Assembly: GCA_963806185.1 (NCBI GenBank)
Contig: CAWDXE010000001.1
Span: 160,001 to 224,000 of the forward strand
Direction of reading: 5' to 3'
DNA length: 64,000 bases
DNA from: an uncultured candidate division Zixibacteria bacterium
GTDB taxonomy: Bacteria; Zixibacteria; MSB-5A5; GN15; FEB-12
Below the pieces are notes generated by a model. The model did no database searches. It was not told the origin of the DNA and saw only the letters and a program-made list of their open reading frames with translations. Position numbers and translations under genes: made by a program. Shown one piece after another: positions 22,099-32,373 of the stretch. Each line of letters opens with the position of its first letter. The first letter of the stretch is position 1.

Positions 22099-22306
22099 CA
22101 ATTACCTTTTCCCATCCGAGTTTGTCTCCTGTATACAAGTATATCGGCTCACTGTTTCGGCACCAACTTTTTTGTCGGTCAAATAGACCCCAAACCTTGC
22201 CGAAACCGCCGATTATAGTATATTTGGGATTCTTGTTAACCGACGGGCGCACCCCGCTCTAACTGGCAACGGGCAGACATAGCGGCTGTCCAGAGGAGTC
22301 TTGCAG

Positions 22307-24157
22307 ATGTTTGAGACCTTACGCAAATTGATCTTCCCCATAATCATCGTCGTTTTGTTGTTCTTCGTGGCCATGATCATTCTCGAGTGGGGTCTGAATT
22401 TCACCGGTCGCGGCAAATACACTACGGTTTCCTACGCCGCTAAGATCAACGGCGAGGAGATTCCTTTCGATTACTACCAGCGCATCTACAACAACATGTA
22501 TCAGGCAGAGTCCCAGCAGGCTGAGGGCGAAGTCACGGAAGAACGCTCCCGCCAGTTGGAAACAGAGGCCTGGAACCAGCTCCTTCAGGATCGCCTCCTC
22601 CAACAACAGGCCAAGAAGCATAACATCGTCGTGACCGACGAAGACATCTTCTTCTACCTCCGCAACAACCCGCCGGAATATGTGCGTCAGCAGCCCAGCT
22701 TCCAGACCAACGGCCAGTTTGACTACCAGAAATACGTGCAGGCGATGGTTGATCCGCAGAACGCTCCGTTCTGGACGGCTGTCGAGACCAACGTTCGCGC
22801 CGATCTGACTAAAATGAAGATGCAGCAGCTGGTCATCGACGCCGTTACCGTCACCGACCCCGAGGTTCAGCAGGCTGAACTTGATCAGCTCGAACAGGTC
22901 CGCGTCAACGCCATTAACGCGACCTGGACCAAGTACTATGCGACTGCGCAGCAGCCGACCGCCGACGAAGTTGCGTCATATTTCGAAAGCCACAAAGAAG
23001 ACTACAAGCAGCCCGAGCGGGCGATATTCAATATCGTGTTTCTGCAAAAGCAGCCGAGCGATCTCGATCGTGAATCGGCCCGTCAACAAATCGCCGCAAT
23101 TTACGATTCGGTCAAGGCAGGCGCTGATTTTGCCGAAATGGCCAGGAGTTACTCCAGCGACGGCAGCGCCTCGCAGGGCGGCGACCTGGGCTGGCTCAGC
23201 GCAGGGCAAACGATCAAGGAGTTTGACACCCACGCCTTCAGCATGAAGTCCGGGGAAATCTCCGAGCCGTTTCTGACCCAGTTCGGATGGCACATCATCA
23301 AACACGAAGGATACCGTGACACGACGATGGCCGTGGAGGCCAACAAGGCCCCCGAGAAGGTTCGTCAGGCCAAGGTCGCCCATATCCTGATCAAAGTCGA
23401 GTCGTCCCAGGCAACCCTCGACGGCATATTCCAGAAGCTGCAAGAGTTCCAGACCGAGGCGCCCAAAACCGGCTTCGAGGCCGCCGCTAAGGAACTCGGC
23501 CTTACGGTTCAGAAGACCCCGCCGTTTGCCAAGGGTGGTCCGATTCAGACTCTGGGCAATCTCCCCAGCGCCCATGACTTCGCCTTTTCCGCCAAACCGG
23601 GCGAAATCTCCCAGGTCTTTGACCTCAGTTCAGGCTACGCCGTCGCCCAACTGGATAAGCGACTGGAAGCCGGTCTGCCCACGCTTGACGACGTTCGGGA
23701 TCGGGTGAAAAACGATGCCCTCCGCGTTCAGGTCGCCAAGATATGCGACGACGTCATGGCTAGTGTCTACAAGGCGATGAAAAGCGGAGTACCTGCCGAA
23801 CAGGCCGCCAAAAGTCAAGGACTCACCTACGACACAATCCCGGCCTTCTCCCGCACCGGCTTCATCCCAGGGCTCGGTCGCCCGTCACGAGCCATTGGCG
23901 AGGCCTTCTCGCTGAAAAAACCCGGCGAATTTACCCCGCCAGTCAATCATGACGTCGGCACGATCATCTTCGTCCTGCGTGAACGTATTTCCCCGGACCT
24001 GACCCAGCTTAATGACAAGCGCGACTCTGTGTACAACTCCGTCCTGTACGCCAAACAGCAGGAAGTCTACACGCGCTGGTTCGAAAATCTGATTAAGAAC
24101 TCGAATATCGAGAACAATATCGAGCAGCTGAATCGCGGCACCGTCACGACTCAGTGA
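22307..24157 (+). CDS. PpiD/SurA-like periplasmic parvulin PPIase chaperone
   Basis: N-terminal TM helix, SurA_N domain, DFAEMARSYS.D, GGDLGW and TQFGWHII. Confidence 0.9.
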   Translation: MFETLRKLIFPIIIVVLLFFVAMIILEWGLNFTGRGKYTTVSYAAKINGEEIPFDYYQRIYNNMYQAESQQAEGEVTEERSRQLETEAWNQLLQDRLLQQQAKKHNIVVTDEDIFFYLRNNPPEYVRQQPSFQTNGQFDYQKYVQAMVDPQNAPFWTAVETNVRADLTKMKMQQLVIDAVTVTDPEVQQAELDQLEQVRVNAINATWTKYYATAQQPTADEVASYFESHKEDYKQPERAIFNIVFLQKQPSDLDRESARQQIAAIYDSVKAGADFAEMARSYSSDGSASQGGDLGWLSAGQTIKEFDTHAFSMKSGEISEPFLTQFGWHIIKHEGYRDTTMAVEANKAPEKVRQAKVAHILIKVESSQATLDGIFQKLQEFQTEAPKTGFEAAAKELGLTVQKTPPFAKGGPIQTLGNLPSAHDFAFSAKPGEISQVFDLSSGYAVAQLDKRLEAGLPTLDDVRDRVKNDALRVQVAKICDDVMASVYKAMKSGVPAEQAAKSQGLTYDTIPAFSRTGFIPGLGRPSRAIGEAFSLKKPGEFTPPVNHDVGTIIFVLRERISPDLTQLNDKRDSVYNSVLYAKQQEVYTRWFENLIKNSNIENNIEQLNRGTVTTQ

Positions 24158-24182
24158 GCGACGATCAGCAGTGAATATTGCC

Positions 24183-24216
24183 AGGACTCCCGTCAACCAC
24201 GGGAGTCTTTTCTTTT
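24183..24216 (+). terminator. Intrinsic terminator after the PPIase gene
   Basis: GACTCCCGT-CAACC-ACGGGAGTC followed by TTTTCTTTT. Confidence 0.75.
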
Positions 24217-24438
24217 GGCGGTGAATAACTGTACCAGCGAGACCACGGCCCACGCCCCCTCCAGGATCACGAAGGGCACGTTGCCTCCCGCCCAGGCATA
24301 CCACGCCGCCATCCCGGATCCGACCAGGTTCATCGACAAATACCCCCCACCCGTCTGCGCCATCTTGCCAAATTGGTTCAGCGCGTATGCCGCCAGCAGT
24401 ATTGCGACACCCGCCGATCCGATGATCGTTGGATTCAT
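24193..24438 (-). CDS. Small membrane protein (CBU_0592-like)
   Basis: IIGSAGVAILLAAY, YLSMNLVGS and FVILEGAW. Confidence 0.75.
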   Translation of the reverse strand: MNPTIIGSAGVAILLAAYALNQFGKMAQTGGGYLSMNLVGSGMAAWYAWAGGNVPFVILEGAWAVVSLVQLFTAKRKDSRG

Positions 24439-24513
24439 GCGTGATTTCTCCCTCGTTGATGCGCCGCCCAGACCTGGAGTAGGCCGACGGAAGTAATAGG
24501 ACAGTGTGTAATC

Positions 24514-25311
24514 TTACAGGAGAAGCTTGGAGGCTTGCCTGCTCCGACGAGCTGTCCGCCGGGGCAACTTCTGCCGGAAATCGCGGACTTCGACAATATC
24601 GAGTGTGGCGGTCACCAGACGCTTGTGCTGCTCTCCTCCGATATCAACTCGCTCCATCACCCCCCACGGCGCCGCCACGAGCGACCGCCCCTGCAATGGG
24701 TGGGAAAATATTGTCCCCACACCACAGACCTTGATGACGTACGCGCCGGCGGTCGATGCCCCGGCGACAAAATAACGCTCATCCCGCTCGTGTTTCTCTT
24801 GCAGCGTGTCGGCCGGCCGATAGGGTGATGTCGTCGGAATGAAGATAACGTCCGCTCCCTCGTCAGCCAGCTCGTCAAATCGCTCCGGAAAGAAAACGTC
24901 TCCACAGATCATGACACCGACACGCACACCGTCACAGTCCAGAACGAGATTTTCCGAACCCGGTGCTATCCCGCGCGCCGCCTCGCGCTCGACCGGATGG
25001 CGCTTTCGATACGAGCCCAGGACCTGCCCGCGATCAAACACGTAGGCAACATTGAACAGCCGGTCCCCGACTGCCTCCACCACCGTCCCCCCAATCAGCA
25101 CCGTGTGCAGTTCATCACTGAGACGGCCGAGGTAGCTGAGCCACTCCCTTCGCTGGAGCGCCGCCCGGGAATAGTCGGTTATCGATCCGTCGACCAGGGA
25201 GTACTCGGGCAGACAGACAAAGTCCGGCTGCTGCTTGAAGATATGAATCTTCTCTTCCAGCGTCAGCCGTTCGCCCATCCGGGCCTGTACCGCAATGACC
25301 TTAATTAACAT
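24514..25311 (-). CDS. Carbon-nitrogen hydrolase (nitrilase family)
   Basis: Glu-Lys-Cys triad motifs LPEY, YRKRH and MICGD. Confidence 0.9.
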   Translation of the reverse strand: MLIKVIAVQARMGERLTLEEKIHIFKQQPDFVCLPEYSLVDGSITDYSRAALQRREWLSYLGRLSDELHTVLIGGTVVEAVGDRLFNVAYVFDRGQVLGSYRKRHPVEREAARGIAPGSENLVLDCDGVRVGVMICGDVFFPERFDELADEGADVIFIPTTSPYRPADTLQEKHERDERYFVAGASTAGAYVIKVCGVGTIFSHPLQGRSLVAAPWGVMERVDIGGEQHKRLVTATLDIVEVRDFRQKLPRRTARRSRQASKLLL

Positions 25312-25427
25312 TTAGCGACAATCCGCCACTGTCACACCCTTGTACGACGCCGCCACGCGCGTTGTTCGCACGGCCGCAAAAAAACATCGGGTCGACCGCG
25401 AGGATCGACCCATAGTCGACAGTTGTC

Positions 25428-27104
25428 TCAGAGATTCGTGTAGTTGGGTCCCTCGCCCCCCTGGGGCGTCACCCAGCGGATGATCTGGTAAGGATCCGCT
25501 ATGTCGCACGTCTTGCAGTGCACGCAATTTGACGGCGTGAGCTGAAGTTTCGTCTTGCCCGGCCGGGTCTCGTCCTCAACCATATTGTACACCGTGGCCG
25601 GACAGAAATGCTGGCACGGGTTGCCGTACTCCAGCGTACACCGATTGTTGCAGATATCATAGTCGGCAATCACCAGGTGCGAAGGCTGGTGCTCCTCGTG
25701 CATCGTCCCCGACTTGTAAACGTCGGTCACCTTGTCGAAGGTCAACTTGGCGTCAAACTTGACTTCCACTTTCTTCGGTTCGTGCCCAAACCGGCGCGCG
25801 TAGTCCGCGATCGGCAGCATGTATTCGTGATCGCTCTTGTGACCCTGTCGATCGAACAGCCCGCGTCCCCCCGTCACCGTCTGCATGCCCGCATGGAACA
25901 CGCCCGACCATATGCCACCGTGGAAAGCGGCGTGGAAATTGCGCGACTTCCATAACTCCGCTTTGGCCCAGCTCGCTTCGAACCGTCGACCGTATTCCGC
26001 CAGCCTGTCGGTGGAGAAATCGCCCGCTTTCGCGCAGGCAAACAACGTCTCGGCCGCCATCATCCCCGATTTGATTGCCAGATGAATACCCTTCAAACGG
26101 CTCGCATCGAGAAACCCGCCCGAATCGCCGCACAAGAGCAAGCCGTCATGGTACAATTTGGGCATCGAGTAGTACCCGCCCACCGGAATCGTCTTCGCTC
26201 CGTAGTGAAGCATCGTCCCGCCGTCGAGTATCCCGCGAACCAGCTTGTGCGTCTTGTACCGCTGAAACTTCATGTGCGGATCATTGGTCGGATCGGGTGA
26301 ATCCAGCCCGACGCAGTACCCCACCGACACCATCGTGTCGCTCATACCATAAACCCAACCACCGCCGTATTCGTTGCTCGGCTGCGGCCAACCGGCCGTA
26401 TGAATGACTTCGCCCGCGACAATTCGCCCGGCGGGCACGTCCCAAACTTCCTTGACGCCGGTCAGATACTGCTGCGGCAGACTGTCGCGCCGGAGCTCCG
26501 GTATCTTCTCGAACGCATGTTTCGTCAGCGACCCGTGAACGCCTTCGCACAGTACCGTTACTTTCGGTTTAATGAGCGAACCCGGTTCAAAATTACCCTT
26601 TGGACTGCCGTCCTTATCCAGCCCCATATCGACCGTCTGCACGCCCGTCACCCGTCCGTCTTCGACCAGCAGGTCAAACCCGGCCATCCCGGCGTAAATG
26701 TCCACCCCTTCACCTTCCACCTGCTGGGCCAGCCAGCCGGTCAGCTTGTTGAGCGAGACAATATAGTTGCCGTGATTCTGTAATGTGGGTGGATTGAATG
26801 GTGCTTTGATCGAACCCGATTCGGTGAGCAGATGGAACGCGTCCTTGCTCACAGCCGCTTCCAGCGGTGCCCCCTTCTCGCGAAAATCGGACATCAGTTC
26901 CGTTAGACCGCGCGGATCCATGACGGCGCCCGATAGTGAATGAGCACCGACATACGACCCCTTATCCATGAGAAGGATCTCCGGCATCGTCACCGACCCG
27001 TCGGCCTTCACCAATTTGGCCAGATGATAAGCAAGCGCCAGACCCGCCGGGCCGGCGCCAACGATCAGAATGTCTGTCTCGAGAATTTCGCGCTCAATAT
27101 CCAT
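25428..27104 (-). CDS. Electron transfer flavoprotein-quinone oxidoreductase
   Basis: IVGAGPAG, HSLSGA, KGIHLAIKSG, CQHFCPA and NCVHCKTCDIADP. Confidence 0.93.
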   Translation of the reverse strand: MDIEREILETDILIVGAGPAGLALAYHLAKLVKADGSVTMPEILLMDKGSYVGAHSLSGAVMDPRGLTELMSDFREKGAPLEAAVSKDAFHLLTESGSIKAPFNPPTLQNHGNYIVSLNKLTGWLAQQVEGEGVDIYAGMAGFDLLVEDGRVTGVQTVDMGLDKDGSPKGNFEPGSLIKPKVTVLCEGVHGSLTKHAFEKIPELRRDSLPQQYLTGVKEVWDVPAGRIVAGEVIHTAGWPQPSNEYGGGWVYGMSDTMVSVGYCVGLDSPDPTNDPHMKFQRYKTHKLVRGILDGGTMLHYGAKTIPVGGYYSMPKLYHDGLLLCGDSGGFLDASRLKGIHLAIKSGMMAAETLFACAKAGDFSTDRLAEYGRRFEASWAKAELWKSRNFHAAFHGGIWSGVFHAGMQTVTGGRGLFDRQGHKSDHEYMLPIADYARRFGHEPKKVEVKFDAKLTFDKVTDVYKSGTMHEEHQPSHLVIADYDICNNRCTLEYGNPCQHFCPATVYNMVEDETRPGKTKLQLTPSNCVHCKTCDIADPYQIIRWVTPQGGEGPNYTNL

Positions 27105-27187
27105 AGGTCTCCCGCTATTCACGCTTCGGCGAATAGGGGAATATACGACGGGAGAATGTGGGAAAACAAGAGGGGGCTACGATCGAT

Positions 27188-27622
27188 CTACTTGGAAGTA
27201 CTCGAAGGTACAGCTTCGCTCTGGCCCTCTTTTTCGGAATCGCCACCCTTGCCATTGCCGTTCTGATTGATCTGCAACATCTCGGATATCTTGCGACGAT
27301 CACAGCCCACCGTCATCAGCCGGGCCGTCTTGATGATCGGCCGACGAAGCAGCGTCTGATCCTCAAGAATCATCTTTACGATCTCCGCCCGCTCCGGAGT
27401 CGACTTGTCCAGGCCGTTCTTTTCGAACGCCGGAGATCCGGGATTCAGAAAATGGGTTATTTCAAAATACCCCAGCAGGCGCTTCAGCTCATCTTCGTTT
27501 AGTGGATTCTTCTTAATGTCACGAATATCCATGTCAATGCCGGCATCTTCGATGAATCGGCGCGTGTCACTGCACCGTTCCTCGTCACCATAAGTTATAT
27601 ATACGGCCCGTTTTGGCGCCAT
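27188..27622 (-). CDS. ArsC/Spx-family protein
   Basis: RDIKKNPLNEDELKRLL and LLRRPII; a single Cys at the CxxC position; RBS GAGGAGG. Confidence 0.85.
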   Translation of the reverse strand: MAPKRAVYITYGDEERCSDTRRFIEDAGIDMDIRDIKKNPLNEDELKRLLGYFEITHFLNPGSPAFEKNGLDKSTPERAEIVKMILEDQTLLRRPIIKTARLMTVGCDRRKISEMLQINQNGNGKGGDSEKEGQSEAVPSSTSK

Positions 27623-27778
27623 AAGACCTCCTCGAAACCACACCTTGGCGTGGCCCATCATATTGAACCGGGGTCAAGGTCCAGACACTCGTCTTTGTCG
27701 TGAATCTTCAGCAGACCTGCACGTGTGCTCACCGTGAGAACCGCGACCTAACTAATCCGACTGGATTCTTGAGCCGGT

Positions 27779-27808
27779 ATAAAAACATCTTGTCACTGCA
27801 TCTGTCAA
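27779..27808 (-). promoter_or_regulatory. Candidate promoter for the Spx/ArsC-like gene, implying a leader of about 150 nt
   Basis: TTGACA-18 nt-TTTTAT with an upstream T-tract. Confidence 0.4.
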
Positions 27809-28106
27809 TAAAAAAGTACGTCGAACTTCCTCTGCATACCTGACCATCGTCGCGACTTCTGCGCCAACTGGCCTCGCCCCCCTCATGTTGTCTCGTATTC
27901 ATGGGCACCGAACTCGGCTATCCTCAAGCTCTTACAGCTTCAACGGCGTTTATCTGAGGATCCCGGGAGCGATGCGCCCCCATGGACAGTATCGGAAAAA
28001 GATGCGACAACTTGATTAGCTTGTCTACTCGGTATAACGAAATTCCCTGAGATTGGTTCCAATCAGCAGTAAATTTCTCGCCCGACCGTGACCTTGCCCA
28101 CCGAAC

Positions 28107-28730
28107 TCACCTGCGGACGGCAACGGCTACACCGTCGCGCAACGGCATGATCGTGGTAAAGAAGCGATCATCAGCGTACAGCCGCTCCGTGAACTGCACA
28201 ATCGCCTTCGTGGTGGCGTCGCGGTTTCTGCGACAAACTTTGCCCGACCAGATGACGTTATCGGTGATGAACAAGCCGCCGGGGCGCAGTCGCTCTGCAA
28301 CCAGATCAATCGTCCTGGGGTAGTCCTTTTTGTCGATATCGTTTAGAATGATATCGAACGGCCCCCTCTCCGATTTCGCGATGCGCAGCGCGTCTCCCAG
28401 CCGATAATCAAAGGTCGTCTTCAGCCCCGCCTCGGCCAGATACGCTGCCGCCAGCTTTTTGTTCTTCGCCGACGAATCGGTCATGATGATCTTCCCCTTC
28501 GCCCCCATCGCCATCGCAAACCAATACGCCGAATACCCGTATCCTGAGCCAAGCTCCAGCACCTTCTTCGCCTTGATCAACTCGGCCATCTGATAAAGAA
28601 ATCGCCCCACGAGTGGTCCGATGATGGGAAACCCGTTTTCCGCCGCGTATGCCTCCATCCGCGTCATGACTTCCGGGCGCTCCGGCGTGACTTTGTGCAA
28701 ATACTTATGAATGTCCTGAAACATCGGCAT
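28107..28730 (-). CDS. SAM-dependent O-methyltransferase (CCoAOMT/COMT-like)
   Basis: VLELGSGYGYS, FDIILNDIDK and ITDNVIWSG. Confidence 0.92.
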   Translation of the reverse strand: MPMFQDIHKYLHKVTPERPEVMTRMEAYAAENGFPIIGPLVGRFLYQMAELIKAKKVLELGSGYGYSAYWFAMAMGAKGKIIMTDSSAKNKKLAAAYLAEAGLKTTFDYRLGDALRIAKSERGPFDIILNDIDKKDYPRTIDLVAERLRPGGLFITDNVIWSGKVCRRNRDATTKAIVQFTERLYADDRFFTTIMPLRDGVAVAVRR

Positions 28731-28733
28731 CTC

Positions 28734-29042
28734 TTACTCCCAAATCAGATAGATTTCGTCCCCTTCAACTTCCACTTCGTACAGTTTGAGCTTGAAGCCT
28801 TCGGTTGTCAGGCACTTCCCCGTGCGCAGATCGTATTTCCAGCCGTGCCAATTGCAGGTCAACACGCCATGTTCAACTCCACCCTTGGCCAGCGATGCCC
28901 GCATATGCTTGCAGTCCGACTCCACGCCATACAATGTACCGTTTTCGTTAAACACCGCAATGCGCCGGGCCATAATGCTCTTCTCGATCGCCTGCCCGGG
29001 CGAAAGCGAGGACATCTTCCCCATCAGAATACGCTTGGCCAT
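28734..29042 (-). CDS. Rieske [2Fe-2S] ferredoxin
   Basis: CKH...CNWHGWKYDLRTG. Confidence 0.9.
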   Translation of the reverse strand: MAKRILMGKMSSLSPGQAIEKSIMARRIAVFNENGTLYGVESDCKHMRASLAKGGVEHGVLTCNWHGWKYDLRTGKCLTTEGFKLKLYEVEVEGDEIYLIWE

Positions 29043-29155
29043 ACACCAACGGTACCCGACGCGGGTACAATTTAACACAACAATTTTTGGATTGCCGTTG
29101 TGACGACGGCCCTCAAACATGCACCCGATCAACCTACCCAGCGCAACTCCTGCGA

Positions 29156-31399
29156 TCAGGATGCTACCGATACCGCTGCCGTAGGATCGGTGGAAAGCGG
29201 AGTGGTCGATATTGCCGGATCGTTGCGACGACGGCGGAACTGCCGCATGCTCAAGAGCCCGCCCGAGAACGTAATCAAGGCGCCGAGCCAGAACATGATG
29301 ATGAGCGGCTTCTTGGACAATTCCACTACCAGCGACGCCGCTCCCTGGGAACCCGGCGGCACAAAACTGCCCGCCACCTTTAGCAACACCCCGCCCTCTT
29401 CGGGACGAACTCCGGAGATGAATATCTGGCCCGCATTCGAATCAAATGACGCCATGACCGGCGTGATCTCGCTGTTCTTCACCCGGAGCACCGGCCGGAT
29501 CTCTTCGCTCTTGCCGTCATACGCGACCGTCACGATTGCGGCCGCCGTCATACCGTTGCTGTCGGCGGCGTCATGGCCGCCCATCTCGAAGCGTTGAAAC
29601 GTGAACTGATATTTGTCGAGTGACTTCGACTCACCCTTCTTGATCATCATTTCGCCCGGGTCGTTCCCCTGCGCCGGTTCGAATGATGCCGGCGAAAGGT
29701 ACAGATCGTAAGCCAGATGACTCTCCACGTGCGGCTTCTTCATCACGCCGTCCTGGTTCTTCGGGAACTCGTGCGCCAACACCGCCGTGTAACTCGAGTT
29801 GTCGTGGGAGACGACGACGTGACAGTCAAACCCCTTCGGCTTGGGCATCACCTGTGTGAAGTTCAGCGTGTACCCCATTACATTCACCGGTACGTTCTGT
29901 ATTAGCTTGATTGTCTCTTTCGTCTCAAACCCATTAGCCGTAGCCGCGCCGATCAGGGCAATCGAAAGACCCACGTGCGACAAATACCCTGGCTTCAACT
30001 GCTTGTCGCGCCACGACTGCAGGAAAACATACCCGTTCACTATCAGGGCCGACGATGCGAACGCGTACAACAGAAGGTACATGGGATTGTACGTGTACCC
30101 CGTCCCAATCATGGTGATGACCGTCGCCATCGCCACTCCGCCGCCGATCATCAGCAGCCTCGGCTTGGCCATCCCCTGATTCCAGCGATAGACGGGAAAC
30201 AACGTAATCAACAGTAGGATCGCTATGGCAATCGGCGTCATGGTCGCGAAATAATAGGGCAGACCGACATTCGACGGATTCGCCGAGAACCGCGTCAACA
30301 GCGGCGCCGACGTTCCCAGCAGCACCAGCACGCCGCCGACAAACAGGATCACCACACCCAGCGTCACCAGGTATGATCGTGAATTTACTTTGGAGAACGA
30401 CGGTTCCGGCCTGATTTCCCGCCACCGTACGGCCAGGAGGGTCGCCCCGAGTATGACAAACGTCGCCAAGCCCCCCACCAGGAAGTTGTTGATCCCCAGG
30501 TCGACGAACGAATGTACCGAAAAATCGGCCAGCACCCCCGAACGGGTCAGAAACGTCCCGTAGAGCACCGACCAGAAGGTCAGGCAGACCACAAACATCG
30601 AAAACCGCATCAGGCCGCGCCGCTGACGTTTGATAAACAGCGAGTGCACCTGCGCGGTCAGGAAGATCCACGGAATGAACGACGAATTTTCCACCGGATC
30701 CCATGCCCAGAAACCGCCCCAGCCGAGCGTCTCATACGCCCAGTAGCCGCCCATCACCAGCGATACACCCAGTGATGCCCAGGCAAACATCGTCCACCGC
30801 CGGGCCGCTTCCGACCAGGTCTGGAACTTGCGCTCCACCAGCGCCGTCATCGCGAAACAAAACGGGAACACCGCGCCGGAGAAACCGATGAACATGATCG
30901 GCGGATGAATCTGCATCCAGAAATTCTGCAACAGCGGATTGAGTCCCGCCCCGTCTTCGCGGAATACCGGCGACAACTCGAACGGCGATTTCTTGATGAG
31001 GATGAGCAAGAGCGATATCAGGAAGAGATTCAGAAAGAACATATTCCCTTTTTCGAACTCGCGCGCGGTTCGCATCATGATGATGCCGAGCACCGAGGTG
31101 AAAAAGAGCCAGAGCAGGAAGGTCCCTTCCTGTCCCCCCCAGAGACTGGAGATCAGGTACCCAAACGGCAGATCATTCGATGAATACGAATACACGTAGG
31201 CCACCGTGTAGTCGTGAGTGAGAATAAGGTACAGAAGCAATCCGAGCGCACCCACGACGAACGTGGCCGTCGCCAGGTAGAAGCCGCGGGCCAGCGTCTG
31301 AAATTGATCTCGCCCCCGCCACCACAAGAAGTACGACACCAACGACGCCAACGCCGAAAATGCCGCAGCTATGATGAAGTAGTCACCGTAATGAGACAT
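29156..31399 (-). CDS. ccmF: Cytochrome c maturation heme lyase
   Basis: WGGQEG, NPLLQ, IHPP, WAYETLGWGGFWAWDPVEN and SVHSF. Confidence 0.95.
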   Translation of the reverse strand: MSHYGDYFIIAAAFSALASLVSYFLWWRGRDQFQTLARGFYLATATFVVGALGLLLYLILTHDYTVAYVYSYSSNDLPFGYLISSLWGGQEGTFLLWLFFTSVLGIIMMRTAREFEKGNMFFLNLFLISLLLILIKKSPFELSPVFREDGAGLNPLLQNFWMQIHPPIMFIGFSGAVFPFCFAMTALVERKFQTWSEAARRWTMFAWASLGVSLVMGGYWAYETLGWGGFWAWDPVENSSFIPWIFLTAQVHSLFIKRQRRGLMRFSMFVVCLTFWSVLYGTFLTRSGVLADFSVHSFVDLGINNFLVGGLATFVILGATLLAVRWREIRPEPSFSKVNSRSYLVTLGVVILFVGGVLVLLGTSAPLLTRFSANPSNVGLPYYFATMTPIAIAILLLITLFPVYRWNQGMAKPRLLMIGGGVAMATVITMIGTGYTYNPMYLLLYAFASSALIVNGYVFLQSWRDKQLKPGYLSHVGLSIALIGAATANGFETKETIKLIQNVPVNVMGYTLNFTQVMPKPKGFDCHVVVSHDNSSYTAVLAHEFPKNQDGVMKKPHVESHLAYDLYLSPASFEPAQGNDPGEMMIKKGESKSLDKYQFTFQRFEMGGHDAADSNGMTAAAIVTVAYDGKSEEIRPVLRVKNSEITPVMASFDSNAGQIFISGVRPEEGGVLLKVAGSFVPPGSQGAASLVVELSKKPLIIMFWLGALITFSGGLLSMRQFRRRRNDPAISTTPLSTDPTAAVSVAS

Positions 31400-31422
31400 G
31401 CGATCAACTCCGTGTCAGGGGT

Positions 31423-32370
31423 TTATGACAGCTTGACACTGTCTTCAGACTGGCCGATTTGCTTCGGCGCGCGTTTCGCCCGCTTCTCCTGTTCGGCAAC
31501 CGTTGCCGTGCCCCCGGAAATATCTACGAGCTTCGCCAGGACGGCGTCGACGAGGAAGTCAGGCGTCGACGCACCGGCCGACACGCCGACAGAACGAATC
31601 TGCTGATCCGCCGCAAACCACTCGCGCCGGATATCCAGCGCCGATCCGATCAACTGCGCCTTCCCGCAGATCGACTTCGCGATCTTTGTCAGACGCTGCG
31701 AGTTGGCCGACGATTGCGAGCCGACCACCAGCACCATATCCACCTGCGGCGCCAAATCCATAATGGCTGTCTGCCGTTTGTTGGTGGCATTACAAATCGT
31801 ATCAAACACCTCTATATGCGGCCACCGCTTCGCCGCCTCCTGGCGGCAGGTGATAAATTCTTCGAGCGACGACGTCGTCTGCACCGTCAACGCCAGCTTG
31901 CGCTCTTTCCAGTCCGGCAGTGCCCACATATCTTCGATCTTCTTGAGTACCGTTATCCGCTCCGGCGCATGACCAACCACCCCGGCTGTCTCATCATGAT
32001 CCGGATCGCCGAAATGCACGATATAATACCCCTCGGCCACTACCTTCTTGATGATGTCGTAAATCACCGTCACCAACGGACACGTCGCATCGACGACATT
32101 CAGTCCCTTGGCGCGCGCATTCTCGATAACCGCCGGCGCAATCCCGTGGGCCGAAATGATCAATGTCCCACCCTTGACGTCGTCGAGCGAAAACGCCTGC
32201 CCGACCCCCTCACTGCGGAACCTTTCCACCACCGCCTCGTTGTGCACGATCTCATTGAGAATCGTCACCGGCTCGGTGGCGGTCTTCGAAGTCTCTTCTG
32301 CTATCTGGATTGCCCGTTTCACGCCCATGCAGAAACCGTATGAGCGCGCCACGATGACTTTCTCGAGCAT
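31423..32370 (-). CDS. ispH: 4-hydroxy-3-methylbut-2-enyl diphosphate reductase
   Basis: GFCMGV, IVHN, DATCPLV, HDE, TICNAT and AGASTP. Confidence 0.96.
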   Translation of the reverse strand: MLEKVIVARSYGFCMGVKRAIQIAEETSKTATEPVTILNEIVHNEAVVERFRSEGVGQAFSLDDVKGGTLIISAHGIAPAVIENARAKGLNVVDATCPLVTVIYDIIKKVVAEGYYIVHFGDPDHDETAGVVGHAPERITVLKKIEDMWALPDWKERKLALTVQTTSSLEEFITCRQEAAKRWPHIEVFDTICNATNKRQTAIMDLAPQVDMVLVVGSQSSANSQRLTKIAKSICGKAQLIGSALDIRREWFAADQQIRSVGVSAGASTPDFLVDAVLAKLVDISGGTATVAEQEKRAKRAPKQIGQSEDSVKLS

Positions 32371-32373
32371 CAA

